The notes: a model not told the origin generated them from the letters alone. 64,000 nt of DNA from Spirochaetia bacterium (GCA_965203905.1 CBDBDQ010000005.1:6624001-6688000), one strand, 5' to 3'. Positions 39,180-51,088 are shown, numbered from the stretch's first letter. Program-made: numbers and translations.

Positions 39180-41038
39180 GAGTCTGTCGGATTGGCCGCA
39201 CGGAGCAGGCGACGGGGTGCTGGGGCGGTTCCCGGAGTGGATAGCGGCTGCATGAACCCATGCTGTCACAGATCGTTGGATGGTGCTACCCAGTGCCAGA
39301 GAACATGGCCACAGGGAATTAGTGGGCACTCATCAAGAGGCGAACATTGGTTGGCCGATCTCCTGCAGTTGGCTGGACATTGGCTTCTGATTTCGGATAG
39401 TCTTGGAGGTCCATAATCAGTACCTGGGGTGCTCATGGCAGACGACTTTCGCCCACTTGATCGAGACACGCCGATGTTCCTGCCGCCGTCCATTCAGGAG
39501 TGGCTACCGGAACAGCATCTGGCGCGTTTTGTAGTGGATATCGTAGACCAACTCGATCTCGGTGAAATAACCAGTCAGTACGCCGGTAGTGGCGGCAAGC
39601 GAGCCTATCATCCGGCCCTGCTGGTGGCCCTGTTGTTCTACGGCTACGCCACCGGGGTGTTCTCCAGCCGGAAGTTGGAGCAGGCCACGTACGACTCGGT
39701 GGCGGTTCGCTACATCACCGGAGATGAGCATCCTGACCATGACACGATAGCGAACTTTCGGAAACGGTTTCTGGCTGAGTTGGAAGGGCTGTTCAAGCAG
39801 ATCCTGGAGTTGGCGGCAGAGCTGGGAGCGCTCCGGCTGGGGACGGTGAGCCTGGACGGGAGCAAGATGCAGGGGAACGCGAGCAAGCACAAAGCGATGA
39901 GCTGGGGGCATGCGAACAAGCTGGAGCGGCAGTTGCAGGGGGAGGTGGAGAAGCTGCTGAAGCTGGCCGAGCAAGCGGACCAGAACACGGAGCAGGAGCA
40001 GCAGGAGTTGGATATCCCGGAAGAATTGAAGCGCCGGGAGGAGCGGCTGGCGGGGATACGGGAAGCGCAGGAGAAGATCACCGAGCGCGCACGAGAGCGC
40101 CACGAGGGGGAGCGAGCGGAGTACGAAGAGAAGCTGAAGCGGCGCCAGGAACGAGAGGCAAAGACCGGCAAGAAGATGGGAGGGCGACCGCCGAAAGAAC
40201 CGGAAGCAGGACCGGAAGAGAAAGATCAAGTGAACTTCACGGATGAAGAATCGCGGATCATGCGGGGAGCGAACGGGGAATTCGTGCAGGGCTACAACGC
40301 GCAAGCGGTGGTAGACCATGACAGTCATCTGGTAGTAGGGAACCACGTCAGCCAAGCGACCAACGACAAGCAGGAAGTGGAACCGGCACTGACCGAGTTG
40401 GGGAAAGTGGAAGAGGCCCTGGGGAAGCCGGAAGCGGTGGTAGCGGATGCCGGGTACCACAGCAAAGAGAACGTGGAGAAGTGTGTGGAGGAGGGCATCG
40501 AGCCGTATATCGCGGGGAGCCGAGAACGCCACAACCAGGCACTGGAAGAACGCATGCAGGCGCCCCCGGAGTGTCCTGCCGATGCGGATGCGGTGACGGC
40601 GATGCAGCATCGTATGCAGACGCCTGAAGGCAAGGCGATCTACGGCAAGCGCAAGGCCACGGTGGAGACGGTATTCGGGGTAATCAAGGAAGTGCTGGGA
40701 TTTCGGCGCTTCCATCTGCGCGGATTACGCGGCGCCGAGGGCGAATGGTCTCTGGTGTGCACGGCGTGGAATCTGAAGCGGCTGTATGTCCTGGTAGGAG
40801 GATAGCGGAGATAAGTGGGTCCCAGCGAACGAACAGTGGAGCCCGAAAGGGCGTCCAGGCCACCCTGGCGAGCAGTTCTGGCGTCCCGATCACTGACAAA
40901 GGGCCTCAATCACTCTCGGAGGGCCCGCTTGGGCACTCTTGACAGCGCAACCAAGCGCTCGCGCCCCCAGCCGGCAGCTTGCATCGCTCCCCGTGGATCA
41001 GCAGGTCCTCACCCCATGAAGCTGATTCCGACAGACTC
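39180..41038 (+). mobile_element. IS1182 family element
   Basis: Inverted repeats GAGTCTGTCGGA / TCCGACAGACTC, each flanked by CTAG (39176-39179 and 41039-41042). Confidence 0.9.
39429..40805 (+). CDS. IS1182 family DDE transposase
   Basis: YHPALLV, SSRKLE, PDHDTIANFR, LDGSK, FTDEESR, QGYNAQ, ADAGY and VETVFGVIK motifs; the start may be ATG 39435. Confidence 0.95.
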   Translation: MLMADDFRPLDRDTPMFLPPSIQEWLPEQHLARFVVDIVDQLDLGEITSQYAGSGGKRAYHPALLVALLFYGYATGVFSSRKLEQATYDSVAVRYITGDEHPDHDTIANFRKRFLAELEGLFKQILELAAELGALRLGTVSLDGSKMQGNASKHKAMSWGHANKLERQLQGEVEKLLKLAEQADQNTEQEQQELDIPEELKRREERLAGIREAQEKITERARERHEGERAEYEEKLKRRQEREAKTGKKMGGRPPKEPEAGPEEKDQVNFTDEESRIMRGANGEFVQGYNAQAVVDHDSHLVVGNHVSQATNDKQEVEPALTELGKVEEALGKPEAVVADAGYHSKENVEKCVEEGIEPYIAGSRERHNQALEERMQAPPECPADADAVTAMQHRMQTPEGKAIYGKRKATVETVFGVIKEVLGFRRFHLRGLRGAEGEWSLVCTAWNLKRLYVLVGG

Positions 41039-41189
41039 CTAGGCAGTTGCTGCGCGGGTATGTGTCGTCAGGTGCCATGCGCATCGTTCGCCATCCCAGG
41101 GCAATCACTATAGCAGACGTTGCAACAGCCGTCAAGCGCCCGCAAGTGCCAGAAAAGTGCCAGAATCAGTACTCGCTGGCGCATAGGCA

Positions 41190-41507
41190 ACCCGAGCAGG
41201 ACGGCACCCTGGCCGCCGCCGCGGCGCGGGGACTGGCATTCATCCCTGGAGCCCCCTGGGTGGCATCGCCGACCCGCCGCATGGGGCGCGTGATCTTGCT
41301 CGACGGCACCCCGCGGTTGCCCGCCTGGCCGAGCGCCACGGCGTGAGCCCGCAGCGGCTGGTGGTCGCCTGGCTGCTGAGCAAGGGGCCCCACGTCCTGG
41401 TGATCGTCGGCGCCAGCCGGGCCGCCACCATCGAGGACTCGGCACCCGCTGCCGACCTTGAACTGGATGCCAGCGACCTCGCCCGGCTCGATGCAGCCAC
41501 CCTCTGA
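41190..41507 (+). pseudogene. Aldo/keto reductase C-terminal remnant
   Basis: GLAFIPWSPLGG...HGVSPQRLVVAWLL...IVGASR. Confidence 0.7.
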
Positions 41508-41558
41508 CCGAGGTCGTGTACCCTCGCGGCCCGTGCTCGGTTGTCTTCCCGCCGCCCG

Positions 41559-41996
41559 ATGTCGTACCTTTCCAGCGACTTCATGCGTCATACGACGGAA
41601 ATCACGTTAGTCAATCGAGCCGATGAAATCCGGGCTGAGAGTGGAATCATCGAGCGGGGAGAAGTGCGGCGGGTGGTAGTGGGCGATGCGTTGGTCGACA
41701 CAGGTGCAACCATGCTCTCGTTGCCTCAATCCGTTGTCCGGCAGTTGGGGCTCACACCGGTCGGTACGGCACGGTCTTTTACCGCCAACGGCACCGTGGA
41801 ACGGGGCATCTATTCGGAGGTCAGGTTCACGGTCCTGGGGAGGTCCGGGACGCTCGAGGTTACCGAGCTTCCCGACGATGCACCGGTGCTGGTCGGCCAC
41901 ATGGTGATGGAGTTGCTGGACTTGGCCGTCGACATGCAGCGCGGCCTCACCTACAACCCCGCCCACGACGGCCAGCGGACCGTGGAGCAACTCTGA
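41559..41996 (+). CDS. Clan AA aspartic protease
   Basis: ALVDTGATMLSLP and PVLVGH..MELLDL motifs. Confidence 0.88.
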   Translation: MSYLSSDFMRHTTEITLVNRADEIRAESGIIERGEVRRVVVGDALVDTGATMLSLPQSVVRQLGLTPVGTARSFTANGTVERGIYSEVRFTVLGRSGTLEVTELPDDAPVLVGHMVMELLDLAVDMQRGLTYNPAHDGQRTVEQL

Positions 41997-42167
41997 ACCC
42001 CGACGCCATCGTCGTCAAGTGTCGGCGGCGTTTGCGGTACAGTGGTACCTGGGGGCTCAACGCAATCGCGTCTGGGGCAAGGACGCCCGCAAGACGCCCT
42101 ACGTATACCTCGGCCAGGCCACTGCACCGACTTTGTCATAACCACCGTTCCGCACACGCCGGAGACC

Positions 42168-42252
42168 GAACGCGGTTATCTTGGTGAACACCGTGGCCGT
42201 GGAGACGCCAAAGTCAACCGCAAAGCCGCATGCATTCCGTTCAAGCTTGGTT
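42168..42252 (-). pseudogene. AbiEii toxin fragment (copy of ~19579-19662)
   Basis: Near-identical nucleotide match. Confidence 0.75.
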
Positions 42253-42259
42253 ACAGCGC

Positions 42260-43105
42260 ATTGCCGACATTCGCGGGCAGCGGAATCTGGAGCGCGTGAC
42301 CGGTCTTTGACTGGGTAACGGTGATGGTGTCGTTGATCCAGTCTATGTCGGCGAGTCGAAGGCTCAGGATATCTACGGATCGCAATCCGGTTCGCAACGC
42401 CAACAGGATGATGGCCTTGTCTCGAAATTAGAGGGACTCGCCGTGCAGCAGCGTTTCCAGGGTAGCGGTCTCCTGCTCGGAAAGGATCGGTATGATCGGC
42501 TTGTTTCTTACACACCGCGAGGGAACTGCTGATAGCAGACGGTCGGCTTTGCAGAAGCGCAGAAACGAGCGTATGTTCGAGGCAACAGTACGGATACTCG
42601 TGGGGCGATATGTGGCGAGCAGATGCTGGAAGAAAGCAGGTACCAGAGCGACACTGGCGAGCGCCAGCGTAGTGCAGCCGTGGTCTTCTAGAAACAACAG
42701 TAACTGACGGACTGAGTTGGTGCATGACTGAATCGTATTGGCACTCTTGTTAGTGACTTTAAGGTAATCCATGAAGTTCTCATGCAGCAGCAGAAGCTCT
42801 CTCGACTTAGGCATCGGATGGCGCTCGCATGTATAGATGGCCCATCTGATTGCTCCGTTGGCGACATATTCTCGCAGTATCAATGATGCCCGTCTGAAAT
42901 GAGCGTGTCGGCCCCGTCCGACTGTTCCTGCCTTGTGCTGGTTCACCTTATCCTGCAGGAAACTTCGGATCAGGCCGTCACAATAGCGTTCGACGTTCCG
43001 TGCTGTTGCATACTCCTTGAGCCGCTTATATGTTTGTCGATAGTGATTGATCGTTGCCGTGTCAAGACCGAACTTTCCGATCTCCTGAAGAACCGTTCTC
43101 GACAA
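42260..43105 (-). pseudogene. Tyrosine recombinase (RIT-like) remnant
   Basis: SAM-like N-terminal domains, then in another frame RDKAIILLALRTGLRSVDILSLRLADIDW..QSKTG; the catalytic C-terminus is missing. Lower GC. Confidence 0.8.
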
Positions 43106-43314
43106 GATCGTCCCACAACAGGTTGGTGTGCATTGAGCACCTCCTTGAATGATCTCCAGATCAGTGTCTGGCTCCTCATCTTGGACGGTGCGCTTGCAAG
43201 TCGCAATGTTATGCCGAAGTTTGGAACGCTAACTGCTTGTGCACAAGCAAGTTACCCTCAAAGTTCGGCATTTCATTTCTTTCGGGATAATCCGAAAAAT
43301 GCCGAAATTCGGCA

Positions 43315-43800
43315 TTTTGGCGACAACGGCGGCGAATTCATCAATCTTCATCTGGCGCGCTACTGCGAGGATCACGGCATCACCTTCACTCGGGGGCGCC
43401 CGTATCGCAAGAACGACACCTGCTTCGTCGAGCAGAAAAACGGCCACGTGGTGCGGCGCGCGGTGGCTACCTGCGCTACGACAGCGACGCGCAACTGGCT
43501 GCCCTCAACGCGGTGTATCGCCCCCTCTGCCTGCTGAAGAACTTCTTCTACCCTTCGGTGAAGCTGGTGAAGAAAGTTCGCTCCGGCAGCAAGGTGCGCC
43601 GCATCTATGATGACCCGCAGACCCCGTATCACCGCGTGCTGGACCCAGTCGGTGAGCGACGAGGTGAAGGCCTGCCTCAAGCAGCAGTACGCGACGTTGA
43701 ATCCGGTCGCCCTCAAGCGCGAGCTGACCCGATTGACCGAGCACCTGTTGCGGCTACCTGGGTCCAAGAGCGCGCCTCCAACACGGCCGAGCAACCGCTG
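43315..43800 (+). pseudogene. Integrase-core transposase C-terminal remnant
   Basis: DNGGEFIN..FTRGRPYRKNDTCFVEQKN..YDDPQTPYHR across frameshifts. Confidence 0.8.
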
Positions 43801-43964
43801 AATGTTGCCGCGGCCGGGGGTGGACGTTCTCAGGGGGCGGCTTCGCCCACGCCCGGTCCGTGCTCGGAGCGCCGACCCGCGAGGTTTGCCGACCCGTCTG
43901 TGGGTGCCCAGGGGGCACCCCTGGTACCAGATCGTTTCTGACACGCTGTTTCTGGGCCGTGCTC

Positions 43965-44190
43965 GCGTACCACGGTGCCGCGGCGTACCACTCCTTCACT
44001 CACGGCGGCGGCTTCTACCGCAATTTCTTTGCCACCCTCAAGGGCGGCGCGGACCGTAGCGGCGGCGGTCCGGAGCGGCTGTTCATCACCGGCGTGGCGC
44101 CGATCACCATGGACGACGTGACCAGCGGCTTCAACATCGGCACCAACGTCAGCCTGGAACCGGACTTCAACGAGATGGTCGGCTTCGCCA
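43965..44190 (+). pseudogene. AAA-ATPase-like internal fragment
   Basis: YHSFTHGGGFYRNFFATLK..LFITGV..DDVTSGFNIG. Confidence 0.75.
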
Positions 44191-44470
44191 AGGCGGCCGA
44201 GGCGGCCAGGGTGATCCCATGCTGACGGATGTGATGGACGGACCAGTGCCGGCTCGGTGAGCAAGTGAGTTCGTGACGGGGAATTCGTCGGGCCTCGGGC
44301 AGATCGCGACCGGCAGTCTGCGATTTGGCGAGCGCCGCCAGCCACCGGTGCGCGGCCCGGCAACCGCCCTCCGGGTGCGGCGGCTGACCGCTCGTGTGCC
44401 GGCGCCGACCGCACGGAAGCTGCACCGGTCCACCCGAGCGGCCCGCGCACGTCTCGCCTGCGCACGGCGG

Positions 44471-45529
44471 TCACCCCGACAGCACGCGCCGCACCTCGTC
44501 CGCATCCACTGCCAGCGCCGCGGCGATCGCCTCGGCATCCTGCCCCAGGCCATGCAGGCGGCGGATCGCCTGCGCGAGCAGCACGCGCTGCGCCTGCTCC
44601 GCCTGCAGCCGCTCCTGCTCCGCCTGCCGCTGCGCCCGCTCCGCCTGCAGCCGCTCCTGCTCCGCCTGCCGCTGCTCCTGCTCCGCCTGCCGTTGCGCCC
44701 GCTCCGCTCGCTGCGCCCGCTGCCGCTCCTGTGCTATCAGGCGGTCGCGATGCTCCACCTGCCGCGCCAGCAGCATCGAGTCGCGCAACAGCAGGTCCTC
44801 CCCCTCCATCGTGCGCCGCACCTCCTCCTCCGCCATCGCCTCCCGTAACTGCCGCAGCACGAACCCGCACTCCGCCGGATACTCCCCTTCCTCGATCGTC
44901 AGCACGTGCGCGTCACCCCGCCCGTTGCCCTTCACCAGACCCTGGTCGAAGATCGCCAGCACCCGCTCCAACTCGTCCCGCCGCCGGCTCGCCAGCCGCG
45001 GTATCTGGATGATGTGGCTGCGGTGATGGATCCCCTCCACCAGCGGATGGCTCGCCGCAAGTTCCCGCCCCGTGCGCCGCTCGGTCACCCGCGGGCAGAC
45101 GTCGATCACCGTCTCCTCCGACAGATCATCCAGGGCGTAGCCCAGAAGGTAGATCGTCACGATCGGCACCGCCTCGGTGCGGCCTGACGGATGGGTCAGG
45201 ATGTTGTCTCGGCTGCCGATCTGCTGGCCCAGGTAGCGCCGGAAACGCTCGATCACGGTCGGCGCATTGGCCTTCTGAATCTCGATCAGCACCTGCCGCT
45301 CGCCGCCGTCGGCGGTGCGCACGCGGGCTGCGAAGTCCATGCGCAGCAGCGTCAGCGGCAGGTCGCGCTCCGCGGCGCCGGCGGTGCGGCGCACGGCGGT
45401 CTCCTGCGGGCTGACGGTGAGCGACTGCACCGCCAGGCCGGTGATCCTGCCGATCAGCAGGCGGGCGACGCGCTGGTTCTGCATCAGGTACTTGAACACC
45501 ACGTCGTAGATGGGGTTGGCGACGTCCAC
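44471..45529 (-). CDS. Rpn-like PD-(D/E)XK nuclease with coiled-coil tail
   Basis: ANPIYDVVFKYLM, RMDF, LIEIQK and RFRRY motifs; GTG start at 45529. Confidence 0.8.
   Translation of the reverse strand: MDVANPIYDVVFKYLMQNQRVARLLIGRITGLAVQSLTVSPQETAVRRTAGAAERDLPLTLLRMDFAARVRTADGGERQVLIEIQKANAPTVIERFRRYLGQQIGSRDNILTHPSGRTEAVPIVTIYLLGYALDDLSEETVIDVCPRVTERRTGRELAASHPLVEGIHHRSHIIQIPRLASRRRDELERVLAIFDQGLVKGNGRGDAHVLTIEEGEYPAECGFVLRQLREAMAEEEVRRTMEGEDLLLRDSMLLARQVEHRDRLIAQERQRAQRAERAQRQAEQEQRQAEQERLQAERAQRQAEQERLQAEQAQRVLLAQAIRRLHGLGQDAEAIAAALAVDADEVRRVLSG
44590..44730 (-). repeat. Imperfect 21 bp tandem repeat encoding heptads
   Basis: QAEQERL / QAERAQR / QAEQEQR units. Confidence 0.8.
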
Positions 45530-45741
45530 GCCGGCATTGAACCTGCGGTCCGCGCGGCGGGTCAATCGCCTTGCCGGTGTTGCGAATGATCGGTGCGGCG
45601 GCGCCTCACTGAGGGGGCGTGCTCCCTGGTGTCTGTTGCCGGGGCAGGCGGCGCCGGACGCCGGCGCAGGCTCCTGGCGCGCTTCACGAGCCGGCGGCGG
45701 CGCGGTGGGCGGCTCCGGGCGCCACGGCCCCAACACCGCTC

Positions 45742-45880
45742 CTTCAAGTACCTCAATCGCCGTGGGCGCTTGCAGCGCTCTGAGCGCCCTCAGGGCGGCG
45801 AGTCGGCGGACGCCGCCGGCGTGGCAGCGGCGGTGCGAGAGGCGACTGCGCAGCTCGAGCGGTACCTGGCGGACGAGCGG
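45742..45880 (+). pseudogene. AAA/PD-(D/E)XK protein C-terminal fragment
   Basis: FKYL..AAAVREATAQLERYLADE resembles the segment at 59160-59260. Confidence 0.6.
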
Positions 45881-45983
45881 CAAGACCTGGGGCACCACGG
45901 CGCTACGTTCGACCAGACCGGCTTCCTGGTTCACGCACCGCGCGCGGCTGCCCGTCGCACAGCCGCCCGATCAACGGGTTGCT

Positions 45984-46860
45984 CTACACCGGCGCAGCGC
46001 GATCGGCGCCGAGACGGCCGCCACCGCCCCGCAGCCGCGGGTCGAGCAGGTCGCGCACCGCGTCGCCGAACATGTTCAGGCAGTACACGACAACCGTCAG
46101 GCACAGCCCCGGCCACAGCGCCAGCCGCGGCGCCACCTCCATGAACTCGCGCCCTTCCCGGCTCAGCATCCCGCCCCAGCTCGGCACCGAGATCGGCAGT
46201 CCGAATCCAAGAAAGCTCAGCGCAGCCTCGCTGATGATCACGCCACCCACGTTGATGGTGAAAATGATGATCACCGGAGCCGCGATGTTGGGCAGGACGT
46301 GGTGGATGAGGGTTCTCCAGCGGGTGCCGCCGATCGCCTCGGCCGCCTGAAAGTAGGCGTTCTCCTTGACCCCGATCACCGCGCCGCGGACCACTCGCGA
46401 ACCGCCGATGCCGCCCGTCACCCCCAGCACCACGATGATCTGCGGCAACCCCCGCCCCACCAGCGACATGATGGTGAGCAACAGCAGCAGCCCCGGAAAC
46501 GCCATCCAGGCGTCGACGAAGCGCTGCATCGCCAGGTCGAGTCGACCGCCGAAGAACCCCGAGACGCCGCCGATCAGCACCGCCACCACGACGTTGACGG
46601 TGGTCGCCGCCAGACCGACGGTCAGCGATATCCGGGCCCCGAACACGAGGCGGCTCAGCAGGTCTCGTCCCAGTTGGTCGGTCCCCAACAGGTACCGGTT
46701 GGACGGGGCCTGCATCCGGTCCACGATGTTGACTTCATCATGCGGGTAAAGGCGCCAGCACATCGGCAAAGATCGCCACCAGGATCAACAGCAGGATGAC
46801 GACCCCGGCGATGATGCTCAGTGGCTTCTCCTTGACCAGCCTGCGAAAGAACTCAGTCAT
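45984..46860 (-). CDS. dppC: DppC-like permease, 1-nt insertion near 46749
   Basis: Near-identical to the 14972 copy; GGGTAAAGG here versus GGGTAAGG. Confidence 0.88.
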
Positions 46861-47815
46861 AGCGAACCCTGGGGTCCAGGACCGCGTAGATCAGGTCGAT
46901 GAGCAGATTGATCACCACGACCCCAGTGGCGAAGAACAGGTTGATGCCGGAGACCATCGGGTAGTCCCGGTCATCGAGCGCATTCAGCAACAGGCGCCCG
47001 AGCCCCGGCAGGTTGAAGATGTTCTCCATGATCACGGCGCCCCCGACCAGGATCGGCAACTGCAGGCCGATCAGGGACACCACCGGGATGAGAGCATTCT
47101 TGACGGCGTGTCGGATCACCACCGCCCGCTCCTTGAGCCCCTTGGACCAGGCGGTGCGGATATAGTCCTGCCGGAGCACCTCCAGCATCATGGTACGGGT
47201 CATCCGCATGGTCGCGGCCGCGGCGGCGGTGCCCAGAATCAGGCTGGGAACGATGAACACCGCCAGATTGCCCAGCGGGTCTTCGGTGAAGGCAACCAGC
47301 TCCAGCGGCGGCGCCCAGCCCCACCAGATGGCCGGGTAGATCATGACCATGATGCCCAGCCAGAAGTTGGGCGTGGCCAAGCCGATGATGGCGACCGAGC
47401 GCCCCAGGAAGTCGGTGGCCGAATCCTGGCGAACCGCCGAGTAGATGCCGATCGGGAGGGCTATCACCAGACCGATCATGATCGCCAGGAGGCCAAGCTC
47501 GATGGTCACCGGCAGTCTGGTTATGATCTGCTCCCCCACCGCCCCACGGCCCATCAGCGATTCGCCAAGGCTGCCACGCAGGAGAATCCCTCCCAACCAA
47601 CGGCCGTACTGCACCCACACCGGCACGTCCAGTCCCAGCCTGCGCTCCAGCGCTTCCCGGTCGACCGACCCAACGGCCACCGTGTATCCCAGCCTCGCTT
47701 GGATTGCGTCGATTACGTCGCCGGGGATGAAGCGGACCGAGAGAAACACCAGGACCGTCACGACGAACAGGGTAGGGATGATCAGCAACAACCGCCGAAC
47801 GAGATAGGCTGTCAC
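46853..47815 (-). CDS. dppB: DppB-like permease
   Basis: 320 aa DppB paralog. Confidence 0.93.
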   Translation of the reverse strand: MTAYLVRRLLLIIPTLFVVTVLVFLSVRFIPGDVIDAIQARLGYTVAVGSVDREALERRLGLDVPVWVQYGRWLGGILLRGSLGESLMGRGAVGEQIITRLPVTIELGLLAIMIGLVIALPIGIYSAVRQDSATDFLGRSVAIIGLATPNFWLGIMVMIYPAIWWGWAPPLELVAFTEDPLGNLAVFIVPSLILGTAAAAATMRMTRTMMLEVLRQDYIRTAWSKGLKERAVVIRHAVKNALIPVVSLIGLQLPILVGGAVIMENIFNLPGLGRLLLNALDDRDYPMVSGINLFFATGVVVINLLIDLIYAVLDPRVRYD

Positions 47816-47904
47816 GGTGGCACCTTGCTCATCGATGAGTAAGGGAGCCGAAAGGCCCGAGCCTCCCAGCCCCCGTTCTCACTTGAGTCGGTGTGGGTTA
47901 CGCC

Positions 47905-49667
47905 TCAGAAACCCATTTCTCTCTTTAGATCCTCGTCAATCCAGACGCGGGTAAAGACGGCGTTATAGCGACCGTCTCCCAACCGGTGCTCGCCGTTATA
48001 GCCGATGACCCACGGCTGGATTACGGCAAACTGTGGGGCCACGGGACCAAATATCGTCCAGAACTGCTCTACGCCATACAACTGCAACTCTTTGACCAGG
48101 CTGTTGAGCTCCTCCACGCTGGAAGCGCCCTTGGCCTCCTCGAACTTGGCGTTATACCACGGATCGTCAACATTGGAGGAGTTGTGTCCGGTGGTCGTCA
48201 AGTAGCGCGCGGACCACCCCAAGGGCTGTCCCTTCCCGGCCGCTTCCGCATTCGTCATGACGAAATCTCGCGCACTTCGTTTGGCCGCGTGGGACGGCGG
48301 CGAATGGACATCTATCTCGACCTCGACGCCAATCTCTTTCCAGTATGACGCGAGTAATTGTATGTAGTTCACATCGTAGCGTTCGAGATGGATCATCGTG
48401 GTCTTGAAGCCATCGGGATAGCCCGCTTCAGCCAACAGCTCTTTGGCTCCTTCGGGGTCGTACGTAAAGACCTTCCTGACCTCTTCCGGCCAATCTTCAA
48501 ACTGGATGACCGCCTTTGAAGTCCGGCTCAGTTGCCCCTGAGGTATTATATCGGCGTAGCCCTTGTAGTAGGCGTCGTTGATCTCCTCCAGGTTCAAGGC
48601 CATCTGCATCGCCTTGCGCACGCGGATGTCGTCAAACGGTTTCACCTGGACATTCATGCCGACGCCGTTGTCCGACCGACGGATATAGGGCCATATTACC
48701 AGCTCGGGGTTGGTCCGCTGAAGGCCCTCTATCTGCTCAAGCGTCCTCAGTTGACGCTCATAATCGACGCGACCCGTGCGCAGTGCCGCCATACGGGTCG
48801 CCGGTTCGATCATGATCAGGGCCCGCAACTCGTCAATGTAGGGCAACCGGTTCTGCGGGTACTTCTCGTCATGGCCCCAGTAATCGGGGTTCTTCACCCA
48901 CGTGACTGAGCTGCCTTCGACCCGGTCGGTCAGCAGCATCGGTCCGGTGCCGACCAGGTTCTGCCAATCGCCCGCGTCTCCGTGTTCCTCGATGACCTCC
49001 GGCGGGTACATCCAGCCCATGAAACTGTTCAAGACAGCCGGCAGAATTGTGAGGGTCAGTTTTTCCAGCTTGAATACCACCGTCGATTCATCGGTTGCCG
49101 TTACCGAAGCTATGTTCGCGCCCGCGAGCAGTTCCCATGGCATGATCGTGCGCTCGGTGAACCCACTGCCGAGTCCCAACAGACGGTGATAGTTGTACTC
49201 GATATCCTGAGCCGTCAGCACCCGTCCGTTCATCGGTGGCTTGTCATGCCAGTGAACGCCCTGGCGCACATTGACGACCACCGTCGTTGGGTCGGGCTGC
49301 GACCAGCTTTCCGCCAGTGCCCCGCTCGTGTGGTCTGGCGGGAACAGAAACACAAAGTCGAATTTGTCCCTTGGCGCCGCCCAGTCTGCCATACCCAGCT
49401 TTTCGAGCACGGGATCAATCAGGGCTTCCGCCCAGCCGCCTGGAACGACGATGTCGGCACTTGCCGACGTGCCGGTTTTGACGAAGGTCAATGTCCCACC
49501 ATACCGCGGTGCCGTCACCATCTCGCCGGTACTCGGGTCGAGCACCATTTCCTTCTCTGTGGCGGCTGCCGGCTCCTCTTCGCCGGCTGGACTTGCCCAG
49601 AGACCGGTGGTAGTCAGGACCAGGACCAACGCAACCGGAAGGTCAGTCGGATTATTGCAATATTCAT
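47905..49667 (-). CDS. dppA: ABC solute-binding protein family 5 (SBP6)
   Basis: Family-5 motifs; ATG at 49667 (MNIAIIRLTF, cf. SBP4) is one base out of frame near 49637. Confidence 0.9.
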
Positions 49668-50052
49668 GCGTATCTCCGTATGTCGGGTTTTGAGAGTATC
49701 GCGTAGCGGATCCCTGGCTACTCTCTGCCAGGCCGAGTCAGATTCCTGAAGCGCGCGGCGTGTGACTCACCGGGTTCACGCCGCGCGCGGGTGCGGTTCT
49801 TTGAGTATCACTCGCATCTCGTGTGCGCCGGGAACACCGCCACGGTGTTTGCCGGCGACCCACGAGGTCCCGGAGTCATGCAGCGCAGCCGGTAGAGACG
49901 CGGCAAAGTGTTGACGGGAGGGGGGGACGATTGGATGCACCGGTTGCGTCATCGCCATCCGGTTACTCTGCAGATGGTCGTGATGGTGCATTATCCGCAT
50001 CCGTTCGATCCTGAAGTTTCGTAGCATTTCACGCTCGCTTGGTGGTGTCAAG
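49668..50052 (-). promoter_or_regulatory. Conserved structured leader of SBP6 (uninterrupted copy)
   Basis: Four or more hairpins; contains the empty sites of both elements inserted in the SBP4 leader. Confidence 0.6.
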
Positions 50053-50177
50053 CGTGCGCAGACTCGACAGTGACTCGACAGACTCGACTTGACCATCGTC
50101 TTCCGGGTCACGGACTGACCGTGCCGAATCCGTTGCGCCTCGCACCTTGGAGACGATAGATTTCAGTGCGGTACGTA

Positions 50178-50830
50178 ATGAGCACGCCACCCACGCAGCC
50201 GCGCATTCCCTACGGCGAGGCCGACTTCAGGCGCATCCGCCTCAACCGGTGGCGGTGCGTCGACAAGACCCGCTTCCTGCAGCGTCTGGAGGAGGAGCGC
50301 TACGCCTTTCTCATCCGTCCGCGCCGCTTCGGCAAGTCGCTCGGGGCGTCGGTCTTGGAGAACTACTACGACCGCTTCTGGCGGACGGCTTCGCCGGCAC
50401 CGACATCGGGCAGGACCCGACCGGGGAACAGAGCCGCTACGTCACCCTGCGCTTCGACTTTTCAAACGTCAACGACGCGCTCGACACCTGCAGCGGGAGT
50501 TCACTCCTTCACCCACGGCGGCGGCTTCTACCGCACCTTCTTCGCCACCCTGAAGTCCGGGGCGGGACGCACGGGCGGCGGTCTGGACGGCTGTTCATCA
50601 CCGGGGTGTCACCGGTGACCATGGACGACGTGACCAGCGGCTTGAACATCGGCACCAACATCAGCCTGGAACCGGACTTCAACGAGATGGTCGGCTTCAC
50701 CGAGCTGGAAGTGCGACACCTGGTGGAGACCTACCTGGCCGCCTATCTGAGCGTGACCGACTATCGGGAAAGGGGACACGCGGACATCGCGCTGGAACCG
50801 CACGTGGCCCGCTATCCGAACCTGCAGCGC
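50178..50830 (+). pseudogene. AAA-ATPase-like / PD-(D/E)XK remnant
   Basis: Near-identical to the 30386 copy, with the same GAGTT|CACTCC deletion junction. Confidence 0.85.
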
Positions 50831-51088
50831 GGTATACGACGCCGGCACCGGCGGGAATCGCCCGCGTGCAACCCGATTCTCGGACGAGCGGGTGCGCACG
50901 CGGGACGTGGAGGCGGCCCGCAATGAGGCGATCAGCTACGTCGCTATCGGATGCTGCTCCATCGCTACCGCGAGTCGCCGGGGGCGAAGGAGTCGTTGCC
51001 GAGCTTCGACGCGCTGCTGGCCGCGGTCGGTAACCGCGCGGCGTTGCGCGTGATCGAGCACGGCCTGGCCGACGGCGACGAGCTCGGA
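50829..51088 (+). pseudogene. Haloperoxidase internal fragment
   Basis: Matches 62590-62908 with an internal deletion. Confidence 0.8.

Noticed and set aside
44590-44730. Possible CRISPR array
   Set aside because: Tandem 21 bp coding repeats with no unique spacers, and no cas genes.
598-49667. Diversity-generating retroelement acting on SBPs
   Set aside because: No reverse transcriptase, and no template/variable repeat pair with adenine-specific differences was seen.
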